Source: a virus (lineage: Duplodnaviria > Heunggongvirae > Uroviricota > Caudoviricetes). From it: a DNA stretch of 21,680 nucleotides. The stretch lies in IMG/VR virus record IMGVR_UViG_2974628062_000001, positions 108,794 through 130,473 of that record. The stretch is one strand, 5' to 3'. Positions 1 through 8,269 of the stretch are shown one piece after another (position 1 is the stretch's first letter; each line of letters begins with the position of its first letter). The notes under the pieces were generated by a model, which saw only the letters and a list, made by a program, of their open reading frames with translations, was not told where the DNA came from and ran no database searches. The position numbers and the translations under genes were made by a program.

Positions 1-120
1 GACCCCGGTACTCCTATCAGTCATATCAGGCAAGGAGTTAAATAACAGTCGGCAGTTATGCCGGGGTCCCCTCACAATCGAATAGCTATGATACTATGAC
101 ACTACGTGAAGGAGAAAGAC

Positions 121-237
121 ATGCCTGAGGTTTACGACTACGATGACGAGACCGGTGACGTTGAGATTCTGGACGACGTTCCTGAGCAGCGTACTTTCCC
201 GGACTACGTCTTTGAACTTGAGTTTCCGACTCGATAG
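121..237 (+). CDS. small acidic hypothetical protein (38 aa)
   Basis: AAGGAG SD then ATG at 121; MPEVYDYDDETGDVEILDD...FPTR; below ORF-track cutoff, translated by hand. Confidence 0.7.
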   Translation: MPEVYDYDDETGDVEILDDVPEQRTFPDYVFELEFPTR

Positions 238-245
238 GATGTAAT

Positions 246-479
246 ATGCGTACCGGACTTGAGCACACTACGCCAGAGGCATTGGAATTGTTGGTGAATA
301 ACCTCAAGTCCGGTACCTTTTTGGCTATAGAAAAGACTGACTCTGCCGCATTCGAACTTGACATGACACTGCTTCAAATCTTTGAGGCGGAGTTCCTGCG
401 GCGGGATATGGATTTTGATGGCTTTATTGGAGATAAACTCCGAACCATCATAGATAACTGGCTTGAAGCAAGAGAATAG
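246..479 (+). CDS. hypothetical protein (77 aa)
   Basis: ORF track; packed in + strand array with SD-like AGGA upstream. Confidence 0.75.
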   Translation: MRTGLEHTTPEALELLVNNLKSGTFLAIEKTDSAAFELDMTLLQIFEAEFLRRDMDFDGFIGDKLRTIIDNWLEARE

Positions 480-488
480 GAAATAACC

Positions 489-713
489 TTGATTGTTCGT
501 ATTAGTACCACTCAGAAGCGTGCTTCTCTCGTTGACGTTCAGGCTTGCCTTTATGGCGTTGAGTCTGAAATTCTGGAAGCGGTTGACCCTGCCGATATCA
601 AGATTGAATTGATGGGTGACCCTGAGAAGATTGCTTATGTAGTTGGTCGCACAGGTTCGCGTATCGTGTCTGTTCTTGACAAGGTGAAGCGTACCGACAC
701 TGCCACGGTTTAA
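489..713 (+). CDS. hypothetical protein (74 aa)
   Basis: TTG start after AGGAA; codon style matches neighbours. Confidence 0.75.
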   Translation: MIVRISTTQKRASLVDVQACLYGVESEILEAVDPADIKIELMGDPEKIAYVVGRTGSRIVSVLDKVKRTDTATV

Positions 714-727
714 GGCAGGCTGCTAGG

Positions 728-757
728 TTGACAGACCTAGCAAGCTTCGTGTAAGGT
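728..757 (+). promoter_or_regulatory. sigma70/HrdB-type promoter
   Basis: TTGACA-18-TAAGGT; -35 in hairpin loop. Confidence 0.7.
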
Positions 758-784
758 GTTCTTACACAACGACAAGGAGTGACA

Positions 785-1021
785 ATGGGTACTGGTCTTG
801 TAGCTTACGACACCGTTTATTCTTACCAGGTTGAGGCTGAGGATTATGTGCGATTCACCATTGATGGTGAAGTTCATGAGGGCACTGTCCTGAATGTGGA
901 TGACACCATTGATGGTGTTCACATTACCCTCTCTGATGACACTGAGGGAGATGCCGACATTTTCGTTCTTACTGACGATGATGAGGTTGAGCTTCTTACT
1001 CGGGAAACTGTCGAGATTTAA
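785..1021 (+). CDS. very acidic hypothetical protein (78 aa)
   Basis: AAGGAG SD puts start at ATG 785; D/E-rich. Confidence 0.8.
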   Translation: MGTGLVAYDTVYSYQVEAEDYVRFTIDGEVHEGTVLNVDDTIDGVHITLSDDTEGDADIFVLTDDDEVELLTRETVEI

Positions 1022-1040
1022 GAAATGCCAATGGGGCGGG

Positions 1041-1070
1041 TTGACAAACCCGCCCCAAGCTTGTTAGTCT
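1041..1070 (+). promoter_or_regulatory. sigma70/HrdB-type promoter
   Basis: TTGACA-18-TAGTCT; -35 in hairpin loop. Confidence 0.75.
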
Positions 1071-1116
1071 TCTTTTAACGACCTTAAACGAAGGGAGTAT
1101 TAGACAGGAGAAGACT

Positions 1117-1500
1117 ATGAAGAAGGAATTTATTTGGGGTTCGATTGTTGCGGCCCTATTTGGTGCTGTGCTATTGGTGGTCATGCTATTGGCTTCCCAT
1201 AAGGAACAGCCGACTACGTTTGAGCGATACAAGGAGTACGCTGAGCAGGTAAATGTTGTTGATTGGACTATCAGCAAGGATACTGCCGAAAGTTTTGCTG
1301 ATGCCAATTGCGATAAGCTGGCACAAGGAGAAATGCCTGCCATTGCTTTTCAGAATGGTGAGCATGTAAAGTCCAGTGGTGCTGTTATTGCAGCTTACTG
1401 CCCAGAGTCTTTTGACAATTTCTTGGCGGGTATTGCAATGAAGTACCCTGAGTATATCGAAACAGCCAAGTACCTGAACTACAGGATTAAGGTTTACTGA
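1117..1500 (+). CDS. membrane-anchored protein, DUF732-like
   Basis: N-terminal TM/signal segment; C..L..G...A..YCP pattern resembles DUF732 (recognised by eye). Confidence 0.55.
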   Translation: MKKEFIWGSIVAALFGAVLLVVMLLASHKEQPTTFERYKEYAEQVNVVDWTISKDTAESFADANCDKLAQGEMPAIAFQNGEHVKSSGAVIAAYCPESFDNFLAGIAMKYPEYIETAKYLNYRIKVY

Positions 1501-1604
1501 TGATTGTTGTAAGGGCTCTGATTCTCTTCGTCGTGGGAATTCTCGGCGGGATTCTGGGACTTTACCTTGGCTTTCTAATGGCTATCAATGGATGGTTGGG
1601 ATGA
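1500..1604 (+). CDS. small membrane protein (34 aa)
   Basis: MIVVRALILFVVGILGGILGLYLGFLMAINGWLG; TGATG overlap with upstream stop. Confidence 0.7.
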   Translation: MIVVRALILFVVGILGGILGLYLGFLMAINGWLG

Positions 1605-1744
1605 AGAAGCGGGAATATCAAGACCCAGCAGAAGAGCTAATCATTGGTTGTCTTGGTAGAATTCTTCTCATTGGAATTCTGCTGGGAGCAGTCTTTGTCG
1701 GAGCAATCTGGGGATTGGTAGAACTCTTTCAATGGGCTATCTAG
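1601..1744 (+). CDS. small membrane protein (47 aa)
   Basis: ATGA overlap; MKKREYQDPAEELIIGCLGRILLIGILLGAVFVGAIWGLVELFQWAI. Confidence 0.7.
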   Translation: MKKREYQDPAEELIIGCLGRILLIGILLGAVFVGAIWGLVELFQWAI

Positions 1745-1758
1745 ACAGGGACAGTAAC

Positions 1759-1950
1759 ATGGAAAAGCACGAAACTCTTCGGGTGTTCATCGTTGGTGCG
1801 TTCATCACCATCGTCCTGCTTGGCATCATCGGAGGCATGGTGTATGCTGGTCACCAGAACAACGTCAAGGACCAGAAGATGACCGTTGAGTGTCTGAAGA
1901 ACGGCGGAGAGACAAAGTACAGCAGCAACATGCTGGTCTGCGACAAGTAG
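1759..1950 (+). CDS. small membrane protein (63 aa)
   Basis: ATG 1759 after AGGGA; one TM helix, two C-terminal Cys. Confidence 0.75.
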   Translation: MEKHETLRVFIVGAFITIVLLGIIGGMVYAGHQNNVKDQKMTVECLKNGGETKYSSNMLVCDK

Positions 1951-1961
1951 GCCAGAGGGGG

Positions 1962-1990
1962 TTGACACCCCCAAGCTAGCAAGGTAGATT
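1962..1990 (+). promoter_or_regulatory. sigma70/HrdB-type promoter
   Basis: TTGACA-17-TAGATT. Confidence 0.8.
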
Positions 1991-2016
1991 GGTTCTCACA
2001 AGGAAGGGGAACGGAC

Positions 2017-2412
2017 ATGCAGTCCACCGAAGGTTTCAAGATTCGACTCACCGCTCATGCACATCAGCAGATGCTTGCAAAGCAGATGTCACCTGTAAAG
2101 ATTCAGGAGGTTTTTGACAACCCTGAGAAGCTTTATCCCAACAAGAAGTACGAAGGTCAATTCCGCGTAGTGGGCAATGGCATTTGCCTTGTCGGTAAGC
2201 CTGAGGGTGATACCTTCTTGGTGTTTACTCTTTACGAGGATGGCATTCTTACGCCACCCCGACCGGACCAGCTTGAGACTCCTGAGGGTCAGGAGTATGC
2301 TAAGCGTTATCAGCGTGCCATCACGACTGGTAATGTCCGGAGGGAAAACGAGTACTGGGGACGTGTTCATGCACGGAACCGAAGTGATTCACGTCACAAC
2401 TATATCCGGTAA
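2017..2412 (+). CDS. DUF4258/RelE(BECR)-like putative ribonuclease-fold protein
   Basis: N-terminal IRLTAHAHQQM...IQEVFDNP and later beta-strands ending VFTLY resemble DUF4258; the ORF itself is solid, the fold call is tentative. Confidence 0.5.
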   Translation: MQSTEGFKIRLTAHAHQQMLAKQMSPVKIQEVFDNPEKLYPNKKYEGQFRVVGNGICLVGKPEGDTFLVFTLYEDGILTPPRPDQLETPEGQEYAKRYQRAITTGNVRRENEYWGRVHARNRSDSRHNYIR

Positions 2413-2439
2413 TTAAATTCATGGTACTCTAGTGAAATC

Positions 2440-2461
2440 CGCTACCCCAAATGGGGTAGCG
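2440..2461 (+). terminator. hairpin without AAGCT tail upstream of NlpC/P60 gene
   Basis: CGCTACCCC-AAAT-GGGGTAGCG, 9 bp; no U tract. Confidence 0.45.
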
Positions 2462-2488
2462 CGTAATAAACTGAGGAGTTATTGTTTC

Positions 2489-2959
2489 ATGTATAAGAAG
2501 ACTGCGGCTATCGGAACGCTTCTTGTCTCTTCCGCTATGGTTATCGGCATTGCACCTAATGCTGAAGCTGCTACAACACAGGAAAAGGCTGCAAGCGTTG
2601 CAAAGGCTCAAATTGGGGACCCATACAAGTGGGGAGCAAAGGGGCCAAATGCATTCGATTGCTCAGGTCTTGTTTGGTATTCCTTTAATAAGGCTGGTAA
2701 GGCTTGGAGTTATAAGCCTACCAATGGAATGCGAAAGTATCAGACCAATGACATTACGGTGAGTCAGCGAAAGGTCGGAGACCTTATCTTCTTCCGTCGC
2801 AAGGGTTCATCTGATTGGAGCCATGTAGGAATCTATGTAGGTAGTGGATACATGGTTAATGCGGTAAATGGTAACACGTATAAGGGTGTTCGCAAGGGTA
2901 AGATAGTTGATGGGTACTGGAATAAGTACTACAGCGCTGACTACCGCCGCGTAAAGTAA
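2489..2959 (+). CDS. secreted NlpC/P60 peptidoglycan endopeptidase
   Basis: GAGGAG SD, ATG 2489; signal peptide ending AEA-A; GDPYKWGAKGPNAFDCSGLV (catalytic Cys) and SHVGIY (His). Confidence 0.9.
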   Translation: MYKKTAAIGTLLVSSAMVIGIAPNAEAATTQEKAASVAKAQIGDPYKWGAKGPNAFDCSGLVWYSFNKAGKAWSYKPTNGMRKYQTNDITVSQRKVGDLIFFRRKGSSDWSHVGIYVGSGYMVNAVNGNTYKGVRKGKIVDGYWNKYYSADYRRVK

Positions 2960-2993
2960 GACCTCAAAATCAGAAATACGCGGGGTGTTTCCC

Positions 2994-3022
2994 TTGACAC
3001 CCCGCAAGCTTCGCACTATAAA
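2994..3022 (+). promoter_or_regulatory. sigma70/HrdB-type promoter
   Basis: TTGACA-17-TATAAA. Confidence 0.6.
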
Positions 3023-3031
3023 AGGAGAACC

Positions 3032-3184
3032 TTGATTCGCATCGTAACAGGTATTGTGTTGGTGGTTCTTGGTGTGGTAGTCTCGTGCCTGTCTGAGCAA
3101 CAGAACATGGCAGTGATGATGGGTGTGGTTGGCGTAGGATTTTTGTTCGTGGGTATGCTTGACAAGCCCGAACCTACAGAGTAA
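3032..3184 (+). CDS. small 2-TM membrane protein (50 aa)
   Basis: AAGGAG SD, TTG start; MIRIVTGIVLVVLGVVVSC...PEPTE. Confidence 0.7.
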   Translation: MIRIVTGIVLVVLGVVVSCLSEQQNMAVMMGVVGVGFLFVGMLDKPEPTE

Positions 3185-3231
3185 GTTAGTCATCACAAGG
3201 CGGGAACACCCGCCAAGCTGAAGGGGTGAAA

Positions 3232-3594
3232 ATGAACGAGCTTCTGTACCACTTCGAAATCGGTCTCCCTGAGGGCTTCCAGAAGCCTGAGCAGCGTGTT
3301 AGAATCAACTACGGCAGGCACGCACGGAAGGAAGCATTTCAGGACCGCTACGGGCGCATCAAGCTCCCTTCGTTCGTCACCCTTGGTCGCTTTCAGGTCA
3401 TTGAGGTTGGCATGGTTGGCGACAAGGTTTCCAAGATTCTGTTTCGTGGTAGGCTCGATGAGACGCGAGACCTGTGCATCGTACTGATTCCGGGGGTTGA
3501 CAACCAGCCCTGGTTCTGCAAGACTGTCTGGGTAAACAAGAACAACGACAAGCACAAGACGCTTGACACCACCCGATACGAGACGGTAAGCTAG
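3232..3594 (+). CDS. phage hypothetical protein, possible BECR-fold nuclease
   Basis: YGRHA...DRYG.I.LP and KTVWVN..DKHKTL motifs; H-A helix start and terminal TVW strand reminiscent of RelE/DUF4258-type folds (tentative). Confidence 0.4.
   Translation: MNELLYHFEIGLPEGFQKPEQRVRINYGRHARKEAFQDRYGRIKLPSFVTLGRFQVIEVGMVGDKVSKILFRGRLDETRDLCIVLIPGVDNQPWFCKTVWVNKNNDKHKTLDTTRYETVS
3563..3592 (+). promoter_or_regulatory. sigma70/HrdB-type promoter inside gene end
   Basis: TTGACA-18-TAAGCT. Confidence 0.55.
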
Positions 3595-3618
3595 CATCAC
3601 CCAAACAAGGAGAATAAC

Positions 3619-3843
3619 ATGAACGGCTCGATTCGCTTCGGTACCTTCTTCACCTTCCTTGGTGGTAGCGCTGTTGCCAATGGTTTCTTCCGAATGGAAG
3701 AGAACATGACTCTGGGAATCATCCTCATTGTCTGTGGTGTCGCTATCGACATCATGGGTCTCAACTACGTTGAGAAGGGTGTGAAGGAGACCCTTCGGGT
3801 TCGTGACCTTGAGCGCAAGGCTGGTGTTCGCAAGAACGTCTAA
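3619..3843 (+). CDS. small 2-TM membrane protein
   Basis: AAGGAG SD; hydrophobic segments, basic tail. Confidence 0.8.
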   Translation: MNGSIRFGTFFTFLGGSAVANGFFRMEENMTLGIILIVCGVAIDIMGLNYVEKGVKETLRVRDLERKAGVRKNV

Positions 3844-3893
3844 GCAGTACCGGCCCTTCGGGGCCAAGCTTCCCATCAATCAAGGATGTGGGT

Positions 3894-4079
3894 ATGAAGT
3901 TTAACGGTCACATCGTTGCCGGGTTTGTTTCTCTGGGATTCTGTCATGGAATTGCAGAAGGGGCAATCGAATTCTTTAAGGCTGGAGATTATTTTCTGAG
4001 CATCATGTTCACTGTATTGGCGATGACAATATTCAGTCTTGGCTTTCATCTTCTCCAGTTCGGTTTCACCAAGAAGTAG
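3894..4079 (+). CDS. small 2-TM membrane protein
   Basis: AAGGA SD; hydrophobic. Confidence 0.75.
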   Translation: MKFNGHIVAGFVSLGFCHGIAEGAIEFFKAGDYFLSIMFTVLAMTIFSLGFHLLQFGFTKK

Positions 4080-4094
4080 CAGATAGGAATAGAA

Positions 4095-4667
4095 ATGACC
4101 AGGTTCTTTACTTCTGACACGCACTTCGGTCATGCTCGAATCATCGAGCTTTGCAATCGTCCTTTCTCTTCAGTTGAAGAGATGAATGAGGAAATGATTG
4201 CCCGATGGAATGCAGTTGTTAAGCCAACGGATACTGTCATTCATTTCGGAGATGTTGCACTGGGAAAGATTGCCGAGTCTCTGCCTCTCATTGAGAGGCT
4301 GAATGGAATCAAGTCTCTGATTCCTGGCAATCATGACCGAATCTTCTCGGGAGAGAAGGAGAAGCAGCGGATTCGATTCATGGAGAATTACGAGTGGGTT
4401 TTCAATGGCGGCATTATGCCTGAGACCTCTCGATTCAAGATTGACGGTAAGCTGGTCATGGGAAGTCATTTCCCATACAGCGGGGATTCTCATGGTGAGG
4501 ATAGGCACGCTGATAAGCGACCGAATGATGAGGGTCTGCCTCTGATTCATGGACATGTTCACGATAAGTGGAAGTTCAATGGTCGCATGTTCAACGTTGG
4601 TGTGGACGTGAACAACTTTACTCCGGTTTCTGAGGATGAAGTGGTTGCGTGGCTGCGTAGCCTGTAG
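4095..4667 (+). CDS. calcineurin-like metallophosphoesterase
   Basis: All five motifs present: SDTH, GD, GNHD, SH, HGHVH. Confidence 0.92.
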   Translation: MTRFFTSDTHFGHARIIELCNRPFSSVEEMNEEMIARWNAVVKPTDTVIHFGDVALGKIAESLPLIERLNGIKSLIPGNHDRIFSGEKEKQRIRFMENYEWVFNGGIMPETSRFKIDGKLVMGSHFPYSGDSHGEDRHADKRPNDEGLPLIHGHVHDKWKFNGRMFNVGVDVNNFTPVSEDEVVAWLRSL

Positions 4668-4728
4668 TAAAGTGGGGGTTGTTCGAGAGAGCAACCCCCA
4701 AGCTTCCCAAATCAACAAGGAGAAGAAA

Positions 4729-4959
4729 ATGTCTGCTCGTTCTGACAAGGCTGCTTTCGGTATGGCCCTTAACCTTGGCCTGTGCATTCTGAATGTGGTG
4801 TGTGCAATTCATTACCATGACGAGTCGGATGCTTACCTTCTGAATGCGGGTGCTGCGGTCTTCTGTGGATTCTTCTTTATTCTCAACATGTTCAGCTATT
4901 TCGCTGCCAAGTTCGATGAGGATGTTGAACGGACTTACCGCCGGATTTCGGGTAAGTAG
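4729..4959 (+). CDS. small 2-TM membrane protein (76 aa)
   Basis: AAGGAG SD; start MSARSDK. Confidence 0.8.
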   Translation: MSARSDKAAFGMALNLGLCILNVVCAIHYHDESDAYLLNAGAAVFCGFFFILNMFSYFAAKFDEDVERTYRRISGK

Positions 4960-5011
4960 TAATACCGCCCGCGAAAGTGGGCAAGCTTCCATAACTAACA
5001 AGGAGAATGTT

Positions 5012-5188
5012 ATGCGAGAGTCTACCATGTACTTCATTGCCGCTGTTGTCGCCCTCTTTGCGGTGATTGCGAATGCTGCAAGCAATGTCGGTGGATTTTG
5101 GGGTGGCCTTGTAATTGCCATGATTGTCGGCGCTGCAATGGGTCACTTCTTTGCTAAGGGTCTTATCCTTCGGGGTCGTAACCGTTAG
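5012..5188 (+). CDS. small 2-TM membrane protein (58 aa)
   Basis: AAGGAG SD; start MRESTMYF. Confidence 0.8.
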   Translation: MRESTMYFIAAVVALFAVIANAASNVGGFWGGLVIAMIVGAAMGHFFAKGLILRGRNR

Positions 5189-5236
5189 TGAAAGGCGGGG
5201 TTCGCCCCGCAAGCTTCCCAACTATAGGAGTAACAA

Positions 5237-5440
5237 ATGTTCGACTTTCTTCTGACTTCCAAGTTCAGCTTCATTCTTGCTGTGACTTGGACCTTCCTCG
5301 CCATTGTCAGCTTTACTGATGGTGAGTATTGGGTCGGTTGGCTTCAGCTCATCATCGCTATTCATGACCTGAATGAGGGAATGCAGACCCGGCTTATTGA
5401 GACTGGTTACTACGTCAAGGCTTCTAGCCTGGTCAAGTAG
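5237..5440 (+). CDS. small membrane protein (67 aa)
   Basis: AGGAG SD; hydrophobic N-terminal half. Confidence 0.8.
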   Translation: MFDFLLTSKFSFILAVTWTFLAIVSFTDGEYWVGWLQLIIAIHDLNEGMQTRLIETGYYVKASSLVK

Positions 5441-5487
5441 TAACATGGGGCTTCGGCCCCAAGCTTCCTCTGAATAAGGAGATAATT

Positions 5488-5940
5488 GTGGACCTGTTTA
5501 CCGCAGAGCGAAATGCAAAGCTTCTTATGGCTGCTCATGGATTGGTCGGGTGGCGTTTCGAATGGGATAATGCTGCAAGGCGATTCGGTCGGTGCACGTA
5601 CTCTACTCGTACCATTTCAATGTCTAGGCAATTGACTGTTCAGCGGACAGAGATGGCAGTCCGGAATACAATGCTTCATGAAATCGCACACGCTCTTGTT
5701 GGTCCTGGCCATGGTCATGATGCCGTTTGGCGGGCTAAGGCAATTTCAATCGGTTGTGATGGAAAGCGTTGTTCTGCTGACAAGGTAGAGGTTAATTACA
5801 AGTACGTAGCAAAGTGTCCTAATGGACATATCTCAAGGAAGTATCTTCGTAAGCCTCGCGCATCGGCAAGGGGGCGTTCCTGCCCCATTTGCAGCCCGGT
5901 TTACAATGCCAAGTATGCAATTAGGGTGGTGGCTATTTAA
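5488..5940 (+). CDS. SprT-like zinc metalloprotease domain protein
   Basis: RRFGRC; HEIAH (HExxH) followed by HGHDAVW; C-terminal CxxxH/CxxC. Confidence 0.88.
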   Translation: MDLFTAERNAKLLMAAHGLVGWRFEWDNAARRFGRCTYSTRTISMSRQLTVQRTEMAVRNTMLHEIAHALVGPGHGHDAVWRAKAISIGCDGKRCSADKVEVNYKYVAKCPNGHISRKYLRKPRASARGRSCPICSPVYNAKYAIRVVAI

Positions 5941-6119
5941 TGAGGGATACAGTTCCTTTCACTATCTACAAGGAACATGCAAAGACGGGTCATCAGTGGA
6001 GAGACAAGACTGATGATAACGAGAGGCGTAATATCGACACGGTAAGCAAGAGATTGTACATTTGCTCTTGTGGTTGGCTTGGTTGGTTTGCCACTGCTGA
6101 CTTGAATACTGTGAATTGA
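5940..6119 (+). CDS. hypothetical protein (59 aa), His/Cys possible Zn ligand set
   Basis: TAATG overlap; MRDTVPF...HAKTGH...ICSCGW. Confidence 0.65.
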   Translation: MRDTVPFTIYKEHAKTGHQWRDKTDDNERRNIDTVSKRLYICSCGWLGWFATADLNTVN

Positions 6120-6202
6120 TTTGGGTGGGGGATTACTCCCCCACCAAGCTTGCTACAACAGTCAGTACAAAGGTTGGCTGTGTGGCTCTCTAAGGAGGAA
6201 AC

Positions 6203-6496
6203 ATGAGGGTCTGGCTCGATGACCTCAGGGAGGCTCCAAGCGGTTGGCTCTGGCTCACCAGTAGCCGTACAGCCATCAATTGGCTTGAGTGGGCAAAGAT
6301 GCTGAACGCCCCTCCGCAAGCCTGGTCATTTGACCATGACCTAGGTGGTGACGACACCTCCCGTGCTGTGGTACTGTGGATGTGTGAGAACGAGTTCTGG
6401 CCGGATGAGTGTTATGTTCATAGCGCCAATCCAGTTGGAATCGAATGGCTTCGTGGTATGATTCAGCGATACGCTCCGGAAGGGACACTGAAGTGA
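6203..6496 (+). CDS. cyclic-phosphate-processing receiver (cREC)-like domain protein
   Basis: VWLDDLR, SFDHDLG, VHSANPVG motifs typical of this divergent REC family. Confidence 0.75.
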   Translation: MRVWLDDLREAPSGWLWLTSSRTAINWLEWAKMLNAPPQAWSFDHDLGGDDTSRAVVLWMCENEFWPDECYVHSANPVGIEWLRGMIQRYAPEGTLK

Positions 6497-6861
6497 GTCA
6501 CGGCAAGGTAGTCTGCAAGTGTGGTAAGGTAATTCAGCAGTGCCGCTGCATGGAAGGCCACAAGAACATTACCTACACTGATAGGTGTGAGCACGAGTGG
6601 TGGACTGAGCTTGAGAACGAGCTTGACAAGGAATATGACGTTGCGTCATACTGGGACAAGGAGAATCGTTATCTGGAGATTGACCTCCCTGTAGGTCGTC
6701 ACACACTTGAGGTGGCTCTCACCAACGTGTACGGTTTTGTGATTTCATTGGTGATTACCGATGAAACCGGCGGTATGATGGTGGAAAAGGACCTTCACAG
6801 TTGTGTGAAGCGTGAGCATCTTGCAGATACGATTCACAGCCTGTACACTAGCTATGAATGA
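6493..6861 (+). CDS. hypothetical protein with N-terminal Cys cluster (122 aa)
   Basis: GTGA overlap; CKC...CRC...C. Confidence 0.75.
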   Translation: MSHGKVVCKCGKVIQQCRCMEGHKNITYTDRCEHEWWTELENELDKEYDVASYWDKENRYLEIDLPVGRHTLEVALTNVYGFVISLVITDETGGMMVEKDLHSCVKREHLADTIHSLYTSYE

Positions 6862-6869
6862 GGGGTAAC

Positions 6870-7058
6870 ATGCCTGGTGCAAATTGGAATGACCTGACTC
6901 CCCAGGAAAAGGCGGATTGGTTCGACAATTCAATTCGCAAGTGGGAGAATCTGTCTGCTGAGCAAAAGCAGAAGGCAGCGGATGAAATTCGTAGGGCGCG
7001 TTCTGATTCTCGTAAGGGTCAGAAGCGCCACAAGAAGAAGCATTGGTGGAACCACTGA
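6870..7058 (+). CDS. hypothetical protein, basic C-terminus (62 aa)
   Basis: GAGGGG SD; MPGANWNDL. Confidence 0.75.
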   Translation: MPGANWNDLTPQEKADWFDNSIRKWENLSAEQKQKAADEIRRARSDSRKGQKRHKKKHWWNH

Positions 7059-7117
7059 TGTTCCGGCGGGTTTGAAATATAACCCGCCAAGCTTCCCTAA
7101 TTAAACAAGGAGTCGTA

Positions 7118-7303
7118 ATGACTAAGGGTATGACTGTCTTTCTCGCCAGTCTCGGATACTTCCTTTGCTTTGTGTGGTTCATGATTGCCAGTGCCAAGGT
7201 CGCTGCTGGACAAACTGACTGGACAGTGTACCTGAACTATGGTACATCTGTTATCTGGTCCGTTACGGGTACCATTTGGATGTGCAACACTAGGAACTTC
7301 TAG
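7118..7303 (+). CDS. small 2-TM membrane protein
   Basis: AAGGAG SD; hydrophobic. Confidence 0.8.
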   Translation: MTKGMTVFLASLGYFLCFVWFMIASAKVAAGQTDWTVYLNYGTSVIWSVTGTIWMCNTRNF

Positions 7304-7332
7304 TTGACACATCGAGTCTAGTTCGCTAGACT
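7304..7332 (+). promoter_or_regulatory. sigma70/HrdB-type promoter
   Basis: TTGACA-17-TAGACT. Confidence 0.75.
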
Positions 7333-7362
7333 CAAGCTTGTAAGACCAACCAAGGAGGAAAC

Positions 7363-7725
7363 GTGCACGTCAACACGTCTCAGCTTCGCAAGAACGATGT
7401 CGTTCACTGTCATGGTATGCAGTTGCTCATTGACCAGGACATTAAGGAGTACACTGGTCATGGTCCTAACCGACCGACTGTTTACCACACTTCCGCCAAG
7501 GTGATTAACCTTGAGGAATGCAAGCTCAATGGCACCATCGCTTGGCGAGAAGATGACGATACCTTCCATGATGGTCTGATTCCTCTTTCCTGGCTTTACC
7601 CCGATGTATTTCGTGGTGGTTGGGTTAAGGATTGGGATGCTGACCCGCGATGGGTAATTCAGGGTAATGAACTCGCTATGTGGCGAGTTTCCCGAAGGGA
7701 CGAAGCTAATGAGGATGCTGGGTAA
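7363..7725 (+). CDS. hypothetical protein (120 aa)
   Basis: AAGGAGG SD, GTG start. Confidence 0.8.
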   Translation: MHVNTSQLRKNDVVHCHGMQLLIDQDIKEYTGHGPNRPTVYHTSAKVINLEECKLNGTIAWREDDDTFHDGLIPLSWLYPDVFRGGWVKDWDADPRWVIQGNELAMWRVSRRDEANEDAG

Positions 7726-7840
7726 GCGTGGACAGCCGTTCTGCGGTAGCAAGTGCTGCGGAGAGAAGCGGGCAAAGAAGGCTCACACGCGTAGGATGAA
7801 GCGTCGGGAGCGGGGAAACCGTGCGTGGCGTAGCTTCTGA
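7715..7840 (+). CDS. small basic Cys-containing protein (41 aa)
   Basis: MLGKRGQPFCGSKCCGEKRAKKAHTRRMKRRERGNRAWRSF; stop lies just before a cassette hairpin. Confidence 0.65.
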   Translation: MLGKRGQPFCGSKCCGEKRAKKAHTRRMKRRERGNRAWRSF

Positions 7841-7858
7841 GAAAGTCGGTCGGGGGTG

Positions 7859-7887
7859 TTGACAAGGGTCGCACCCCCGACTAAGCT
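7859..7887 (+). promoter_or_regulatory. sigma70/HrdB-type promoter
   Basis: TTGACA-17-TAAGCT. Confidence 0.75.
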
Positions 7888-7917
7888 AGCACCATCAACA
7901 ACAACGAAGGGCATGAA

Positions 7918-8244
7918 ATGAACTTCCGAATCGACGTTCTTGCCGAGAATGGTGTCCCCTTCCGCGCGGTGTTCTTCCCGTTCGGTAAGAGTGAGAACTA
8001 CCCGGCGGTTGACACTGGTGAAGCTATGGTAGAGTTCTATGACTACCGTTACGCTAAGGGTGGGCGCTTCACTCCTGATGGTCAGTTCACTGGAGCACGA
8101 TACAACCTCTCCGACCTTCTTGAGGACCGTAAGCCTTTCACTGGACTTATCCTTGACGGTGGTGTAGAGTCGTGGCGTATCGATGGTGACACGTTCGAGA
8201 TGATTGTGCGTTGGCTGAAGAGCTTTGAGATTCTTCCTGGTTGA
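7918..8244 (+). CDS. phage hypothetical protein (108 aa)
   Basis: VEFYD.RY...GQF...GL.LDGG..SW; downstream of promoter. Confidence 0.8.
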   Translation: MNFRIDVLAENGVPFRAVFFPFGKSENYPAVDTGEAMVEFYDYRYAKGGRFTPDGQFTGARYNLSDLLEDRKPFTGLILDGGVESWRIDGDTFEMIVRWLKSFEILPG

Positions 8245-8269
8245 CAGGGAATCCGGGCGGGTGTAACAT
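8241..8269 (+). promoter_or_regulatory. sigma70/HrdB-type promoter
   Basis: TTGACA-17-TAACAT. Confidence 0.75.
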
